DNA of 64,000 nucleotides from Bugula neritina (Eukaryota; Animalia; Bryozoa): positions 20,014,767-20,078,766 of the forward strand of contig OZ037766.1 of assembly GCA_964035545.1 (NCBI GenBank). Direction: 5' to 3'. A model generated the notes under the pieces. That model did not search any database, was not told where the DNA came from, and saw only the letters and a program-made list of their open reading frames with translations. A program made the translations under genes and the position numbers. Below, one piece after another: positions 63,868 through 64,000 of this stretch. Numbering within the stretch: position 1 is the first letter of the stretch; each line of letters begins with the position of its first letter.

Positions 63868-64000
63868 AGTTATGGTAGTGTGTTAGTTATGGTAGTGTGT
63901 GTTAGTTATGGTAGTGTGTCAGTTATGGTATTGTGTATCAGTTATGGTAGTGTGTGTTAGCTAGGGTATTGTGTGTTAGTTATGGTAGTGTGTGTTAGTT
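63868..64000. repeat. 19-bp minisatellite (AGTTATGGTAGTGTGTGTT)
   Basis: About 7 copies, running off the window end inside a FLII intron. Confidence 0.92.

Overview
AT-rich eukaryotic (invertebrate-like metazoan) genomic DNA with spliceosomal introns; no prokaryotic features, and no CRISPR, rRNA or tRNA genes were seen. Manual exon assembly supports five protein-coding genes. (1) An RGSL1/RGS22-like gene on the minus strand (~833-10256, both ends unresolved, one GC-AG intron). (2,3) Two tandem PMP22/claudin-superfamily tetraspan paralogs on the minus strand (13196-17503 and 20422-28049). (4) An F-BAR/C1/RhoGAP gene of the ARHGAP29/ARHGAP45/GMIP family on the minus strand (CDS 29638-49684, probable 5' exon near 55.7 kb). 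(5) Flightless-I on the plus strand (from 56089, running off the window), head-to-head with the RhoGAP. Introns hold a decayed hAT (Charlie/Buster-type) transposon with a nested MITE, several mini/microsatellites and a perfect 159-bp palindrome. The most unusual structure is a 6 x 51-bp tandem repeat that copies an exon end together with its splice donor in one claudin-like gene, giving six in-frame donors that each add one 17-aa hydrophobic segment. Also notable are a shifted first intron between the two paralogs and several candidate alternative exons in the RhoGAP gene. All exon models come from reading splice sites and frames by eye, without transcript data; family assignments rest on recalled sequence similarity, not database searches.
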